Below are positions 46,632 to 56,475 of a stretch of 64,000 nt of DNA, piece after piece (within the stretch, counting starts at the first letter, position 1; the number at the start of each line of letters is the position of its first letter). The stretch spans positions 3,385 through 67,384 of the forward strand of contig JAQUSD010000002.1 in assembly GCA_028715295.1 (NCBI GenBank), in the 5' to 3' direction. The notes under the pieces were generated by a model. It saw nothing but the letters and a program-made list of their open reading frames with translations, was not told the origin of the DNA and did no database searches. A program made the position numbers and the translations under genes. The DNA comes from Candidatus Nanoarchaeia archaeon (GTDB lineage Archaea > Nanobdellota > Nanobdellia > JAQUSD01).

Positions 46632-47519
46632 ATGACTTATGTTGATAAATTCAGAGCAGGCGAGATAATAAAGCTAAAGCAGTCTTGCAAAACATGGACT
46701 AGAAGAAAGTTTAAGATTGAAGTTCCCGCTCTTGTAGCTAAGGCAGAAACAATAACAAAAGCGCTCAGTGTTATAAAAGGGCTTAATGAAATTAAAAAAG
46801 GTGAAAATGTTCTTATTAAACCAAACATAAATTCAGATGACAAGTATCCTGGAACAACACGCCCAGAAGGATTAAAGGAATTAATAAGGTTAATCAAAAG
46901 AAAAGGCGCTCATGTTTCAGTTGGGGATATGAGCAGTGCTTTTTGGAGTCACACAAAAATATGCAGTGAAAAAACAGGAATTAGAAAAATATGCGCTGAA
47001 GAAAAAGTACCGCTTATATTTTTTGAAGACAGCAAATGGGTAAAAGTTGAACTTCCAAACACAAGCCTTGGGCACTGCTACATAACTGATGAACTCTGCA
47101 ATTATAAACATCTAGTTAATTTATGCGTTTTAAAAACACACCGGCTTGCTGATTTTACACTTAGCATGAAAAATCTGATGGGCATCCTGCATATGAGAAC
47201 AAGAATGAAAATGCATGCTTACAAACTTAAAGAAAGAATAGGTGAGTTCAATATGGCTGTAAATCCTGTAATAAACATTGTTGACGGAACAAAATGTTTT
47301 ATAGACGGGGGGCCTGATACAGGGGAATTAAGAAAATCCAATGTTGTTTTTGCTTCAAAAGACAGAATTGCTCTTGATGTAATGTGTATAAAGGAACTTC
47401 AAAATCTTGGCTCAAAAAGTCTTAAAGGATTAAATCCTTGGACTCATCCTCAGATATCCAGCGCTGTCAAGCATAAAATAGGTGTTGATATGGACTCAAA
47501 AATAAAGGTTATTGAATAA
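46632..47519 (+). CDS. DUF362-family protein
   Basis: 295 aa. 'VLIKPNINSDD' is the hallmark KPN motif. Confidence 0.5.
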   Translation: MTYVDKFRAGEIIKLKQSCKTWTRRKFKIEVPALVAKAETITKALSVIKGLNEIKKGENVLIKPNINSDDKYPGTTRPEGLKELIRLIKRKGAHVSVGDMSSAFWSHTKICSEKTGIRKICAEEKVPLIFFEDSKWVKVELPNTSLGHCYITDELCNYKHLVNLCVLKTHRLADFTLSMKNLMGILHMRTRMKMHAYKLKERIGEFNMAVNPVINIVDGTKCFIDGGPDTGELRKSNVVFASKDRIALDVMCIKELQNLGSKSLKGLNPWTHPQISSAVKHKIGVDMDSKIKVIE

Positions 47520-47558
47520 TCAACAATTTTAAATAAACAGCACTCCCTATTTTAATCC

Positions 47559-47882
47559 ATGGTTTTAAATGAACTGATGAATTTTGTCAGACAGTTCGAA
47601 ATTGAATCAGGCTTTGATAAAACCGAAGTTAAAGAACTTCTTGACATGCTTCAGAAAGAGGTTGACAATCTTAAAGGCGCTTCTGAAACAACAGGAAAAC
47701 CAGAACAGGAATATATTGAAAATAAAATGGTTGATATAGTTATACTTGTCCTCCAGATTGCAAACAGATACCACGGAAATCTAGATGGGGAATGGAAAAA
47801 ACACTGGGGGAGACAAGACAAATATAGAACTAAAAGATTAGAAAGCTGGAACCCTTTCCGGAAAAATAAAAAATCAGTTTAA
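47559..47882 (+). CDS. MazG-like small nucleotide pyrophosphohydrolase (tentative)
   Basis: 107 aa, all-helical, with 'E..MVDIVILVLQIANRY', which resembles the MazG metal/helix motif. Confidence 0.4.
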   Translation: MVLNELMNFVRQFEIESGFDKTEVKELLDMLQKEVDNLKGASETTGKPEQEYIENKMVDIVILVLQIANRYHGNLDGEWKKHWGRQDKYRTKRLESWNPFRKNKKSV

Positions 47883-48548
47883 CCTATTCTGGACTTCACT
47901 GCTTTTAAGCTCCCTCAAAGCGTCTGATGCAATCCATTTTGCAGAACTGGAAGTCATCTGTTCAATTTCAATAGCAACTTCTATTGCTTTTTTATTTAGG
48001 TTCTTGTTTCTTTTTCCAATCTGTCTTAACGCCCAATTAACTGCTTTTTTTACAAAATTCCTGCTGTCATCTGAACCCTGTTTAATCATAGGAAAAAACT
48101 TTTCAAAAATTCTGTCTTCTGCTTTCTTGTCGCTTACTACAAGGCGTGCCATTAAAACATATCCTGCTCTTTTTACAAACTCCTCTTTTCTTTCAGCCCA
48201 TTCAAATGCTTTTTCATATGCAAATTTAGTTTTCTCAAAAAGATTCATAATTACCTGGTCGCATATCTCCCAATAACTGAACTCCCTCACCCATTTCTCC
48301 ATCTGCTTTTCATCCACTTTATTAGGTTCATCAATCATAGAAGCAAGTATCCTGGTTTCTCTTGTGTTTTTTTTCCAAAGCTGCTTTGCAAGTTCATGGT
48401 TTCTTTTTGTTACTGAAGCAATTTTCCTGAGTTCAGGTATTGAAACACCGTATGTATTTTCAGGAGTAATCCCACATTTCACCATACCTTCAACTGCATC
48501 AGGATTTGACAAGGAATTCAGCTTTCTCAGTATTTCGTTGTAATGCAT
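47874..48548 (-). CDS. DNA alkylation repair enzyme (AlkC/AlkD-type HEAT-like repeat glycosylase)
   Basis: 224 aa. 'VSIPELRKIASV...LAKQLWKKNTRETRILASMI' repeat architecture. Confidence 0.55.
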   Translation of the reverse strand: MHYNEILRKLNSLSNPDAVEGMVKCGITPENTYGVSIPELRKIASVTKRNHELAKQLWKKNTRETRILASMIDEPNKVDEKQMEKWVREFSYWEICDQVIMNLFEKTKFAYEKAFEWAERKEEFVKRAGYVLMARLVVSDKKAEDRIFEKFFPMIKQGSDDSRNFVKKAVNWALRQIGKRNKNLNKKAIEVAIEIEQMTSSSAKWIASDALRELKSSEVQNRLN

Positions 48549-48549
48549 T

Positions 48550-49038
48550 TTAAATCACAAACATTGGGTTTAATGCAACACCTACAAAATAAACAATTAA
48601 GAGAACTATTGTTGTTATTGCAGTGTGTTCACCAATAACACACAAAGGATTCTTTTTGTCTTTTTTAGCAATAAAATAACTGTAAATACTTATTATAGAA
48701 TAACCATAAACCAAGGAAAGGATAATTGCAATATTTATATCAAAAAACAGGACAGGTATTAAAAAAGACATTGCAACAAGCAGCTTTGCAACAAACGTGC
48801 TTATTGTTGTTTTCCAGACTCCTTTTTGGGATTTTGTCATTGTTTCTTCTGATATATGCATACCCAATGAATCTGAAAAAGCATCAGCAACTGCGATTGA
48901 AATTATCCCTGCAATAACTGCTAAGAGTGATGAAGTGCTGTAATATACGCCTATGAACAAGCCCAAAGTAGTGATTACTCCTGAGATAATTCCAAAGCCT
49001 GCTCCCCTTCTTATAAATTTGCTTCTTGCAAATACCAT
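48550..49038 (-). CDS. VIT1/CCC1-family membrane protein (short form)
   Basis: 162 aa. 'RRGAGFGIISGVITTLGLFIGV' plus further transmembrane segments. Confidence 0.5.
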   Translation of the reverse strand: MVFARSKFIRRGAGFGIISGVITTLGLFIGVYYSTSSLLAVIAGIISIAVADAFSDSLGMHISEETMTKSQKGVWKTTISTFVAKLLVAMSFLIPVLFFDINIAIILSLVYGYSIISIYSYFIAKKDKKNPLCVIGEHTAITTIVLLIVYFVGVALNPMFVI

Positions 49039-49251
49039 GTTATAATATTAAGAATTTGGGTATTAAATATTTAATGAAAATAAGTCCTCTGCCAGTTTCC
49101 CAGCAGAGGAACAGGTGGATTTAATGGATTTGATTAATCCAGCATGATTTTTGCCTGAATTCAAGCTTATTGCCGATTAAATCTTGATTTAAAAATATTT
49201 CGGTTTCTCACAGGCTTTATAAATGAACTTTACTTATATATATCTACAATA

Positions 49252-49554
49252 ATGAAAAAAGAATATAAGATGAAATGCAGGAATTGTGGAAAGTTCTATG
49301 GCTCAAAAACCATAAAACACAGTGTATGCAACTGGTGTAGACAGGAAAGGGGGATAATATCCAAAGAGAAAAGAGTTGAACTGCTTGCAGAATGTGTAAA
49401 GGATTACAAACAGTTACAACATGCTCCTCCAAGTGAGGAATTAGTTAGAAAATGGGCTGTCAATAAGTTCAATATAAGCAGAAAAACAGCAGGAACATAT
49501 CTTTCTACCCTTAAAAAAGGCGTGAAATGTGGTAAATCTTTAATTAGAATTTAA
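49252..49554 (+). CDS. Small zinc-ribbon protein
   Basis: 100 aa. 'CRNCGK...CNWC' near the N-terminus. Confidence 0.3.
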   Translation: MKKEYKMKCRNCGKFYGSKTIKHSVCNWCRQERGIISKEKRVELLAECVKDYKQLQHAPPSEELVRKWAVNKFNISRKTAGTYLSTLKKGVKCGKSLIRI

Positions 49555-49806
49555 TTAAACCATCCATTTCATACCTATGTATTCTCCAATAACCATTGCA
49601 AAGGTTATTGAAATAACAGTGCCTAATGTCTGATTCCAGTTAAACACTCCCTGAATCATGTATATTGCAAAAACATTTGCTACAAAAGTAAAAATAAATA
49701 TTATGACACCACTTACAATAAGCCTCTTTGCAAGAACATCAGAATTTTTTGATTTCTTAGCCATACTAATTAGGTTATGTTTTCCATTGTTTTTAAACTT
49801 TACCAA
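49555..49806 (-). CDS. Small membrane protein
   Basis: 83 aa with two hydrophobic helices. Confidence 0.3.
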   Translation of the reverse strand: MVKFKNNGKHNLISMAKKSKNSDVLAKRLIVSGVIIFIFTFVANVFAIYMIQGVFNWNQTLGTVISITFAMVIGEYIGMKWMV

Positions 49807-50765
49807 ATCCTGTATTTTTCCAGTTCATCATCTGTTATTTTACTTGAGTGTATCTTTTTTTTGCCATAACTGACTTCTGCTTTTAATTTTTTTGAATCAG
49901 AATACCTTGCTGTTAATTGAGCTGCAAGTTTTACTGATTCTGGCAATGGTTCTCCTATCAAAAGAGTTACTGGGCTGCCAATTCCCTTAACTTCAAACAA
50001 AGATTCTGATGTTTTCTTTTTTTTTCTGAGTATTTCATTTTCTTTTTCATTCCTTCCAACAATTATTTTTGTATTTCCAAGACGAAAATGTCTGCCAATA
50101 CAGAGCAATGCTATATTTCTTAAACTATCCTCACTGTATTCAAATAAATCCCTTAATCTTCTTGCAAAAACCTTGTTTGTAAGCAGACAACCCCCTCCAG
50201 CGTAATATTCTTCAGTAATGTTATACTTTTTTGCAAGTTCAAGCTGTTGCTTTCTGCTTCTTCCAGTTATCCCAAAAAGCTTAGTCCTGTTAATCCATTT
50301 TTTTTGTTCAGGTATTGTTTCTTTCAGGTGTTTTGCAGAAAGAGGGCGGACAAGAATTCCTTTTAGTCCAGATTCCTTTTCAACCAAGTTCATTGAATTT
50401 AAATACTGGCTCATGGGGCGCTGCCCAAGCACTTCACCAGTTATGATAAATTTTGCCCCCACCTTATCAGCATATTCTTTTGCTTTTCTCAATATGTGCA
50501 CCCTACAGTCAATACATGGATTAAGATTTTTTCCATATCCATGTTTTGGATTTTTCAGCATCCGGTAATATAAGGCGTCTGCTTTCTGAACCTTGAGAGG
50601 AACCCTTATTTTATTGCAGTTTTCTCTTGCTTTTTCAGGATTTCCTGCAAATACTGAAACAAAATGAAAACCTCTCACATCAATTCCCTGTTCTTTGACA
50701 ATAGCAGCTGCTAGTATACTATCAAGCCCTCCTGAAATCAATGCAACAGCTTTCATTTTAGCCAA
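49800..50765 (-). CDS. PP-loop ATPase of the ThiI family (tRNA thiolation-type) without a THUMP domain
   Basis: 321 aa. 'ALISGGLDSILAA' PP-loop, 'NPCIDCR' and 'ITGEVLGQRPMSQ' (ThiI-like GExxGQxxSQ motif). Confidence 0.6.
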   Translation of the reverse strand: MAKMKAVALISGGLDSILAAAIVKEQGIDVRGFHFVSVFAGNPEKARENCNKIRVPLKVQKADALYYRMLKNPKHGYGKNLNPCIDCRVHILRKAKEYADKVGAKFIITGEVLGQRPMSQYLNSMNLVEKESGLKGILVRPLSAKHLKETIPEQKKWINRTKLFGITGRSRKQQLELAKKYNITEEYYAGGGCLLTNKVFARRLRDLFEYSEDSLRNIALLCIGRHFRLGNTKIIVGRNEKENEILRKKKKTSESLFEVKGIGSPVTLLIGEPLPESVKLAAQLTARYSDSKKLKAEVSYGKKKIHSSKITDDELEKYRIW

Positions 50766-51721
50766 GAAACATCCACCTCATCAGTTCTCCATTTCTGTTT
50801 TATATGTGTATCATTTGACTGTTCTGCAAGTATTCCGTTCCAGGCTATCATTGCACCATTGTCACCGCATAATTCAGTTGGGGGAACATAAAACTTTGCT
50901 CCTCTTTCTCTGCACATTATCCTACACATTTCAGCAAGTCTTTTATTTGCTCCAACTCCACCAGTGAGAATAAGTTCATTTAAACCACAGTGTGCAAGTG
51001 CCCTTTCACTAACTTCAACAAGCATTGCAAATGCAGTTTCCTGAAAAGAATAACAAATGTCTTCAAGATTGCATTTTCCTGAATTTAATTTCTGCTTTAG
51101 ATTTGTAAGCATACCCCCATAACTTACATCCATGCCCTTTACAGTATAAGGAAGGTTAAGGTAAGTCTTTCCTTTTTTACTGAGCTGTTCTATTGCAGGG
51201 CCTGAAGGAAAAAGCAGTCCTGCAAACCTTCCAAATTTATCAATTGCATTACCTATGCCTATATCAATAGTTTCTCCAAAAATCCTGTATTTTCCAGAAT
51301 CATAAGCAATAACCTGGGTGTTTCCCCCAGACACATAAAGCATTGCTGGATTTCTCATTTTTCCATAAAGCTTTGCTATTTCAAGATGAGCAACGCAGTG
51401 GTTTACCCCCACAATAGGGATGTTAAGTTTTTTTGAAATACTTCTCGCTATTACAGCACCAACTCTTAAACAAGGAGGTATGCCTGGCCCCTGTGAAAAA
51501 GCAACCCTACCAATATTACTAAGCCGTATTCCTGCTCTTTTTACTGCTTCACTGATAACTGCATCACTGACCTCAACATGGTGTTCAAAAGCTTCTCTTG
51601 GATGCAACCCTCCTTTTTCAGGGCAGTGCATATCTTTTACATTTGAAAGTATATTTCCCTTTGAATCAGCAACGCCAGCCCCAAAGGTGTGTGCAGTGCT
51701 CTCAATACCAAGACATATCAT
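50753..51721 (-). CDS. kae1: Kae1, the tRNA t6A synthase catalytic subunit
   Basis: 322 aa. 'ICLGIESTAHTFGAGV' N-terminus, ASKHA fold motifs, and the conserved S24e-S27ae-Kae1 neighbourhood. Confidence 0.9.
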   Translation of the reverse strand: MICLGIESTAHTFGAGVADSKGNILSNVKDMHCPEKGGLHPREAFEHHVEVSDAVISEAVKRAGIRLSNIGRVAFSQGPGIPPCLRVGAVIARSISKKLNIPIVGVNHCVAHLEIAKLYGKMRNPAMLYVSGGNTQVIAYDSGKYRIFGETIDIGIGNAIDKFGRFAGLLFPSGPAIEQLSKKGKTYLNLPYTVKGMDVSYGGMLTNLKQKLNSGKCNLEDICYSFQETAFAMLVEVSERALAHCGLNELILTGGVGANKRLAEMCRIMCRERGAKFYVPPTELCGDNGAMIAWNGILAEQSNDTHIKQKWRTDEVDVSWLK

Positions 51722-51752
51722 TGTTTAGAATAATTTAATAAGAAAGTTGCTT

Positions 51753-51968
51753 TTATTCTTTTTTGAAAACAGTATATTTGCATTTCCCGCATGACTGCCT
51801 GTCCTTATGTTTTGCCATAAAAGTTCCAGGTCCGCATTTAGGACAAAAATTCTGTTTTCTTACAACCTTTCCTTCTTTTGATTCATATTTTTCCCATTTC
51901 TTGCTTACTGGAGTAGGATTTTTCTTTTTCTTTCCTTTTGTCTTTGAAACTTTTCTTTTCTTACCCAT
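51753..51968 (-). CDS. rps27ae: Ribosomal protein S27ae
   Basis: 71 aa. '[25 protein letters not shown]' zinc ribbon and a Lys-rich N-terminus. Confidence 0.8.
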   Translation of the reverse strand: MGKKRKVSKTKGKKKKNPTPVSKKWEKYESKEGKVVRKQNFCPKCGPGTFMAKHKDRQSCGKCKYTVFKKE

Positions 51969-51996
51969 TAATTATCACCATTACATTTATGTTACT

Positions 51997-52377
51997 TTAT
52001 TCAGTTTCTGCAGATTCTTCAGCATTTGCTTCTGCAGGTTTTGGTCCTTCATTTACCTGATTCTGACTTTCACCTTCTTTAGAAGCTGAAAGTTCTTCTT
52101 TTATTTCATTTCTCTTAATTATGTATTTTGGTTCTGATTTTGAAATTAATTCCTGTTTTGTATAAACATGAGCTGTTCCAATTGATTTTCCGCTTCCAAA
52201 ATTAGTGTTCAGCGAAAGCAGTATGACTTCCTTTATATCTTTGTCAAATTCTTTTGCAAGCAGTTTTCTTGCTTCAAGCCTGTTTGGCGTAGCCATCTTT
52301 ATATGTTCTATTTCAAAAGAAACATTAGTTCTATCAAAGAACACATCTTTTTCTTTTTTAATCACATTAAGCTTCAT
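51997..52377 (-). CDS. rps24e: Ribosomal protein S24e with an acidic C-terminal tail
   Basis: 'FEIEHIKMATPNRLEARKLLAKEF' S24e core. Confidence 0.8.
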   Translation of the reverse strand: MKLNVIKKEKDVFFDRTNVSFEIEHIKMATPNRLEARKLLAKEFDKDIKEVILLSLNTNFGSGKSIGTAHVYTKQELISKSEPKYIIKRNEIKEELSASKEGESQNQVNEGPKPAEANAEESAETE

Positions 52378-52547
52378 ACTTACAAGATAACATCAAATGC
52401 TTTTTTAAAGTTTTTCATTGAAGTTTAATAATAATTAAAATCAAAGGACAAAAGTATTAAACCCAAAATAAAAATTTCTGCCCTTAAGATTATAAAAAAT
52501 TTGTTGAAGTTAGGGATGGGCAACAGAAAGATTTAAAAAGGTATTTT

Positions 52548-52751
52548 TTGACGGAATTATTTATGGAATGCACATTTTGTGGTGAAGAAGAACATCTTAC
52601 TGTATGTGAAAGCTGTAAAGAGCCTTTCTGTAAGTACTGTGGTGAAAGAAAGAAAAGACTATGTGAAAGCTGTGCAAGTCTTTCAGGAAAAGCTTTTGAT
52701 GAAAACTCTGATGATGACAGTTTTGACGATGCAAGCGGAGATTATTTTTAA
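52548..52751 (+). CDS. Small 8-Cys zinc-binding protein with an acidic tail
   Basis: 67 aa. 'CTFCGEEEHLTVCESCKEPFCKYCGERKKRLCESC'. Paralog of ORF 54088..54264. Confidence 0.35.
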   Translation: MTELFMECTFCGEEEHLTVCESCKEPFCKYCGERKKRLCESCASLSGKAFDENSDDDSFDDASGDYF

Positions 52752-52802
52752 CTGCTCAAAAAATTCTTAAAATATAAATAAAGGTTATTAACTAAAAAGC
52801 CA

Positions 52803-52994
52803 TCATTTGACTCTTAAAGCATATTCTCCTTTTTTTTCAACACCAAGTGATTTTGAAATTTTAGAGTGTTCAGTGTCAAGAACCATTGCTACTCCAGAAT
52901 ACCTTGTGCTTAATCTTGAACCACCACAATTAGGGCAGTTCTTCCCTATTTTTACAATCATATTGCAGTCTTTGCATGCTTTCATAATATTCAC
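52803..52994 (-). CDS. spt4: Transcription elongation factor Spt4 (RpoE'')
   Basis: 63 aa. 'CKDCNMIV..CPNCGGS..' zinc ribbon, directly downstream of rpoE. Confidence 0.7.
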   Translation of the reverse strand: MNIMKACKDCNMIVKIGKNCPNCGGSRLSTRYSGVAMVLDTEHSKISKSLGVEKKGEYALRVK

Positions 52995-52997
52995 CTT

Positions 52998-53597
52998 TTA
53001 TTTTTTTGGTTTTGATTCTTTCTTATCTTCTTTTTCTTCTTTTTTATTTTGCTGTTCTTTTTTCTGAGAATCTGCTTCTATCCATTCAAGTTTTCCAAGT
53101 CCAGGCTGCCTCATAGTAAGTCCGATTTTTGCAGCTCCAAGTTCTCTTACTGAAACAGCGATTATTCTTGCCCTTACAGCATCATCAACCTTAAGAGCTC
53201 TTTTGTTTGATTTTCCCTGAAGTGAACCTGTTTTAGCGAATGAAACAAAATCGTCCATTGTCTGCGAAATGTGGACTAGCCCGTCAACAGGCCCCATCCT
53301 TATAAATGCTCCATATTCGGCTATTTCTGTTATTTTACCTTCAACAACTTCCTGATTTTCAGGTTTCCATGAGAGCATTTCAAACTCAGTATCATAAAAT
53401 ATAGCTCCGTCACCAGGCATCAGCGTTCCTTCTCCAACATTTTTGATATCTATAAGACTAAGCAGGATTCCTGAATCCATACTGACCATACCTTCATAAG
53501 ATTCGATTATTGTGTTTGTAAGAACCTCTTTTACATTCTCACCGAAAAGTTTTGGAGGAACCCTTACCCTATCCCTTAAAGCAATAGTATAATACAT
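52998..53597 (-). CDS. rpoE: RNA polymerase subunit E' (Rpo7, S1 domain) with a Lys/Glu-rich tail
   Basis: 199 aa. N-terminal 'YYTIALRDRVRVPPKLFG' and an S1 fold. Confidence 0.8.
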   Translation of the reverse strand: MYYTIALRDRVRVPPKLFGENVKEVLTNTIIESYEGMVSMDSGILLSLIDIKNVGEGTLMPGDGAIFYDTEFEMLSWKPENQEVVEGKITEIAEYGAFIRMGPVDGLVHISQTMDDFVSFAKTGSLQGKSNKRALKVDDAVRARIIAVSVRELGAAKIGLTMRQPGLGKLEWIEADSQKKEQQNKKEEKEDKKESKPKK

Positions 53598-53643
53598 TTT
53601 AATTCTGTAAAATAGTTATCAGCATAGTTTTTAAAGTTTATGA

Positions 53644-54009
53644 TTAAACAAATTCGAGATGGTTTTTGGTTCTCATAGATATACACTTTATGCCTTTTTC
53701 CCTGCATTTTCTTCTAAGTGCAATATCCTGTGTTGCAACAATTGCTTTTTCTTTGTCTGCTGTATCCACTATGATATCATCAACAGGTTTTTCTTTTTCA
53801 ACTTTCATTATCCTTACACTGTTTTTTCTTAAAATTTCAAGAACCGCCTTATAATGTCTTGCTGATATTACTTTAAGTTCATCAATACAAACACTTAGTG
53901 TAAACAAAGAAGTTTTTTCAGGCATAATTCTGTTGAGTTCTGCGAATATATCCACCCTGAACTCAAAGGGTATAAGCATGAAGTTTGTGTCAAGTAATAC
54001 AAGTTTCAT
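53644..54009 (-). CDS. PIN-domain protein (conserved partner of RpoE/Spt4)
   Basis: 121 aa. 'VLLDTNFM' N-terminal PIN acidic motif, upstream of rpoE. Confidence 0.6.
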   Translation of the reverse strand: MKLVLLDTNFMLIPFEFRVDIFAELNRIMPEKTSLFTLSVCIDELKVISARHYKAVLEILRKNSVRIMKVEKEKPVDDIIVDTADKEKAIVATQDIALRRKCREKGIKCISMRTKNHLEFV

Positions 54010-54087
54010 ATTAATTTTACCTTATAGTAATATAATCGAAACGTTTTTAAATAATTAATTAACTGAAAACACAAAAAGGATTTTACA

Positions 54088-54264
54088 ATGGCAAAAAAGG
54101 AAAAGTGTATATATTGTAAAAAAAACAGTGAATTTGAATGCCTCCAGTGCGGAACTGCATTCTGTGATGGACATGGAGATACTGACAATATCTTATGTAA
54201 TGATTGCAGAGAGTATAATGAAAGTATTGGAAGTGAAATTTCAAAAAGCGCTGAAGAGTTCTAA
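54088..54264 (+). CDS. Small 8-Cys zinc-binding protein, 58 aa (not in the ORF track)
   Basis: Own translation: MAKKEKCIYCKKNSEFECLQCGTAFCDGHGDTDNILCNDCREYNESIGSEISKSAEEF. Paralog of ORF 52548..52751. Confidence 0.35.
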   Translation: MAKKEKCIYCKKNSEFECLQCGTAFCDGHGDTDNILCNDCREYNESIGSEISKSAEEF

Positions 54265-55494
54265 TTAGTTATAATTCCATAACCTGCAAGTCTCCATCTG
54301 TTGTCAATCCTTCTTAAAACAGCTATTTTTTCTCCTTTTTCAATTGCAACAGGTATTTTTAACCTGCATGAAATGCTATTACCTTTTATTGAAGAAACAG
54401 TTCCTATTGTTTTGGATGTCCAGGCATTTATCAGAAGAGGTTCATTTATTTTTATTGGGGAATATTCTAAATTATTTTCTGTTCCAACAATCCTTTCTAT
54501 CAGATGAAGTTCAATATCCATAGTGTCATATAATTTTATATCATCTTCATTCCTAACAAGCACAGTTCCTGAAAGGTAATCTGATTTAGCAAGTGAAGGG
54601 TCAAGTTCTGTTGCCACTGCGATTGTTCCCCCATTTCCGGCTTCATCAACTGATTTGCTTCCCGTGAATATGCTTGTTATCTTTGTTTTTATTTTTTGGA
54701 AATCTTCGCCTGATTTTATCCCTGGCAGAACAATAACTTCATCATTTTTTCTTAATTTACCCTGTTTAATTATGCCTCCAAGTATCCCTCCGTTCAGTTC
54801 ATCTATTTTTGCTCCTGGTTTATTTGCGTCAAAACTTCTTGCAACCAGCATAATGAATTTTTCATCTTTTGGCTTTTCAGGCACAGTGTATGTTTCAGCC
54901 ATTGCCTTAAGAAGCATATCAATATTCACATTTTTGTTTGCTGACACAGGTATTATGGGTGCATTTTCTGCCACAGTTCCTTTTACAAATTCCTTTATCT
55001 GATTGTAGTTTTCCTCTGCCTGCGCATCATTAACCAAATCTATTTTATTCTGAGCTATAATTATGTTTTTAACCCCAAGAATATCGAGAGCCATTAAGTG
55101 TTCTTTGGTTTGCGGTTGTGGGCATTGTTCATTTGCTGCTATAACCAATAATGCGCCTGACATTATTGCTGCTCCTGAAAGCATTGTTGTCATTAATGTT
55201 TCATGTCCTGGTGCATCAACAAAACTAAATTTAAGGATATACTCTGTGGTTCCACCGCATGAACATTTTTTTGATGTTGTGTATTTTTTGCATTTTGCAC
55301 AATATCTCACTGTACAGTCTGCATAGCCAAGTCGTATAGTAATGCCTCTTTTTTTTTCTTCAGTGTGTTTTTCAGTGTGGATGCCTGTTAGAACTTCGAT
55401 TAACGCTGTCTTGCCGTGGTCAATATGTCCGGCAGTTCCAATTGTTATTTCCGGCTGTACGGGTTCTTTTTTTACTGCAATTCACCTTTTTCAT
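54261..55494 (-). CDS. Translation initiation factor aIF2 gamma, with an apparent +1 frameshift in an A7 tract near the 5' end
   Basis: Track ORF 54261..55310 begins at an internal GTG. The upstream minus-strand frame encodes ..VKKEPVQPEITIGTAGHIDHGKTALIEVLTG...RGITIRLGYA, continuous with it. The ATG at 55494 (MKKVNCSKK) is in a different frame, joined through the A7 run at 55467..55473. Confidence 0.8.
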
Positions 55495-55898
55495 TGCTGA
55501 CCCTCTGCTTTTGGTTCTTTTCCAAATTTAGCTTTGAGGTCGTCTTTACCATAAGTTATTACTTTTGTGTTGATTTGTGCTGTTACTTCTGAAACTGTAT
55601 TTCCTAAAACACTTTTTTTAGCCCTTACTCCTTTTCTTTCAGGGTGGAATCCAACTCCTTTTTTAAGTAGCAGTTTTATCCTTTTTGAACCTGAAATGTT
55701 TTTTCTCATGGGAGTTCCCTGCTTGTCGCTTCCGCCTGTTATTTCAAATTCATAACCTGAGAGTCCAAAAAGGTCTCCCTGTATTTTGTCACCTATTTTC
55801 TTTCCTACTAATTTAGATGCTTCAGCATCTTTTACAATAGTCTGATAGGTTTGCCCCTTTGACTTAACATCTGCAATTGTTATTTTAAATTCAGCCAT
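55491..55898 (-). CDS. rps6e: Ribosomal protein S6e
   Basis: 135 aa. 'MAEFKITIADVKSKGQTYQ...ITGGSDKQGTPMRKNISGSKRIKLL'. Confidence 0.8.
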   Translation of the reverse strand: MAEFKITIADVKSKGQTYQTIVKDAEASKLVGKKIGDKIQGDLFGLSGYEFEITGGSDKQGTPMRKNISGSKRIKLLLKKGVGFHPERKGVRAKKSVLGNTVSEVTAQINTKVITYGKDDLKAKFGKEPKAEGQQ

Positions 55899-55991
55899 TA
55901 TATCTTCACCTTATGATTATAAGTAATACTTATTTTAAATATCTATAAGGTTTAAAAAGATAGTGGTTTTCAACAGCTAGGCAAATGTTCT

Positions 55992-56399
55992 CTAATCAAT
56001 AGAAGGCATATAACCTCCATAAAAAGAATGTGATACTCTTATACCCCTGGGGAATTCAGTGATAAGCCTGTAATACTTTCCATACTCCAATACGGTATTA
56101 TTAAAAACCATTTTGAACACCGCATCTCCTTGTATTCCTTGGAAATTTATTATTTCACTGTAAACATTTTCCTGAGTGCTGTTTAACAGAATATCCACTT
56201 TTAACTCACCTGTAGGTATGTTCATGCATTTGCCGTCAAAAAATGCTCCAACCTGGCTTTTATTCTCATCGTGATATACATTTGCTATCCAGAAGGACAC
56301 CTGACATCTTGGAGAAAAAAGCACAACTAACAACAATATTGTCAAGCCAACACCACCAACCAATCCTAAAAGCAGGACTGCTGCTCCTTTTTTCATCAA
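55992..56399 (-). CDS. Hypothetical membrane-anchored/secreted protein
   Basis: 135 aa with an N-terminal hydrophobic segment 'AAVLLLGLVGGVGLTILLLVVLF'. Confidence 0.3.
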   Translation of the reverse strand: MMKKGAAVLLLGLVGGVGLTILLLVVLFSPRCQVSFWIANVYHDENKSQVGAFFDGKCMNIPTGELKVDILLNSTQENVYSEIINFQGIQGDAVFKMVFNNTVLEYGKYYRLITEFPRGIRVSHSFYGGYMPSID

Positions 56400-56475
56400 A
56401 CTTAATTAAGGGTTTATCAGAATAAAAACCTTATTAACAAAACAATTATAAATTTTATTTATTGTTCTGTTAATT

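Noticed and set aside
54261-55310. Track ORF start 'MRYCAKC' for aIF2-gamma
   Set aside because: That 'M' is an internal GTG. The reading frame continues upstream through the G domain, as described in the frameshift finding.
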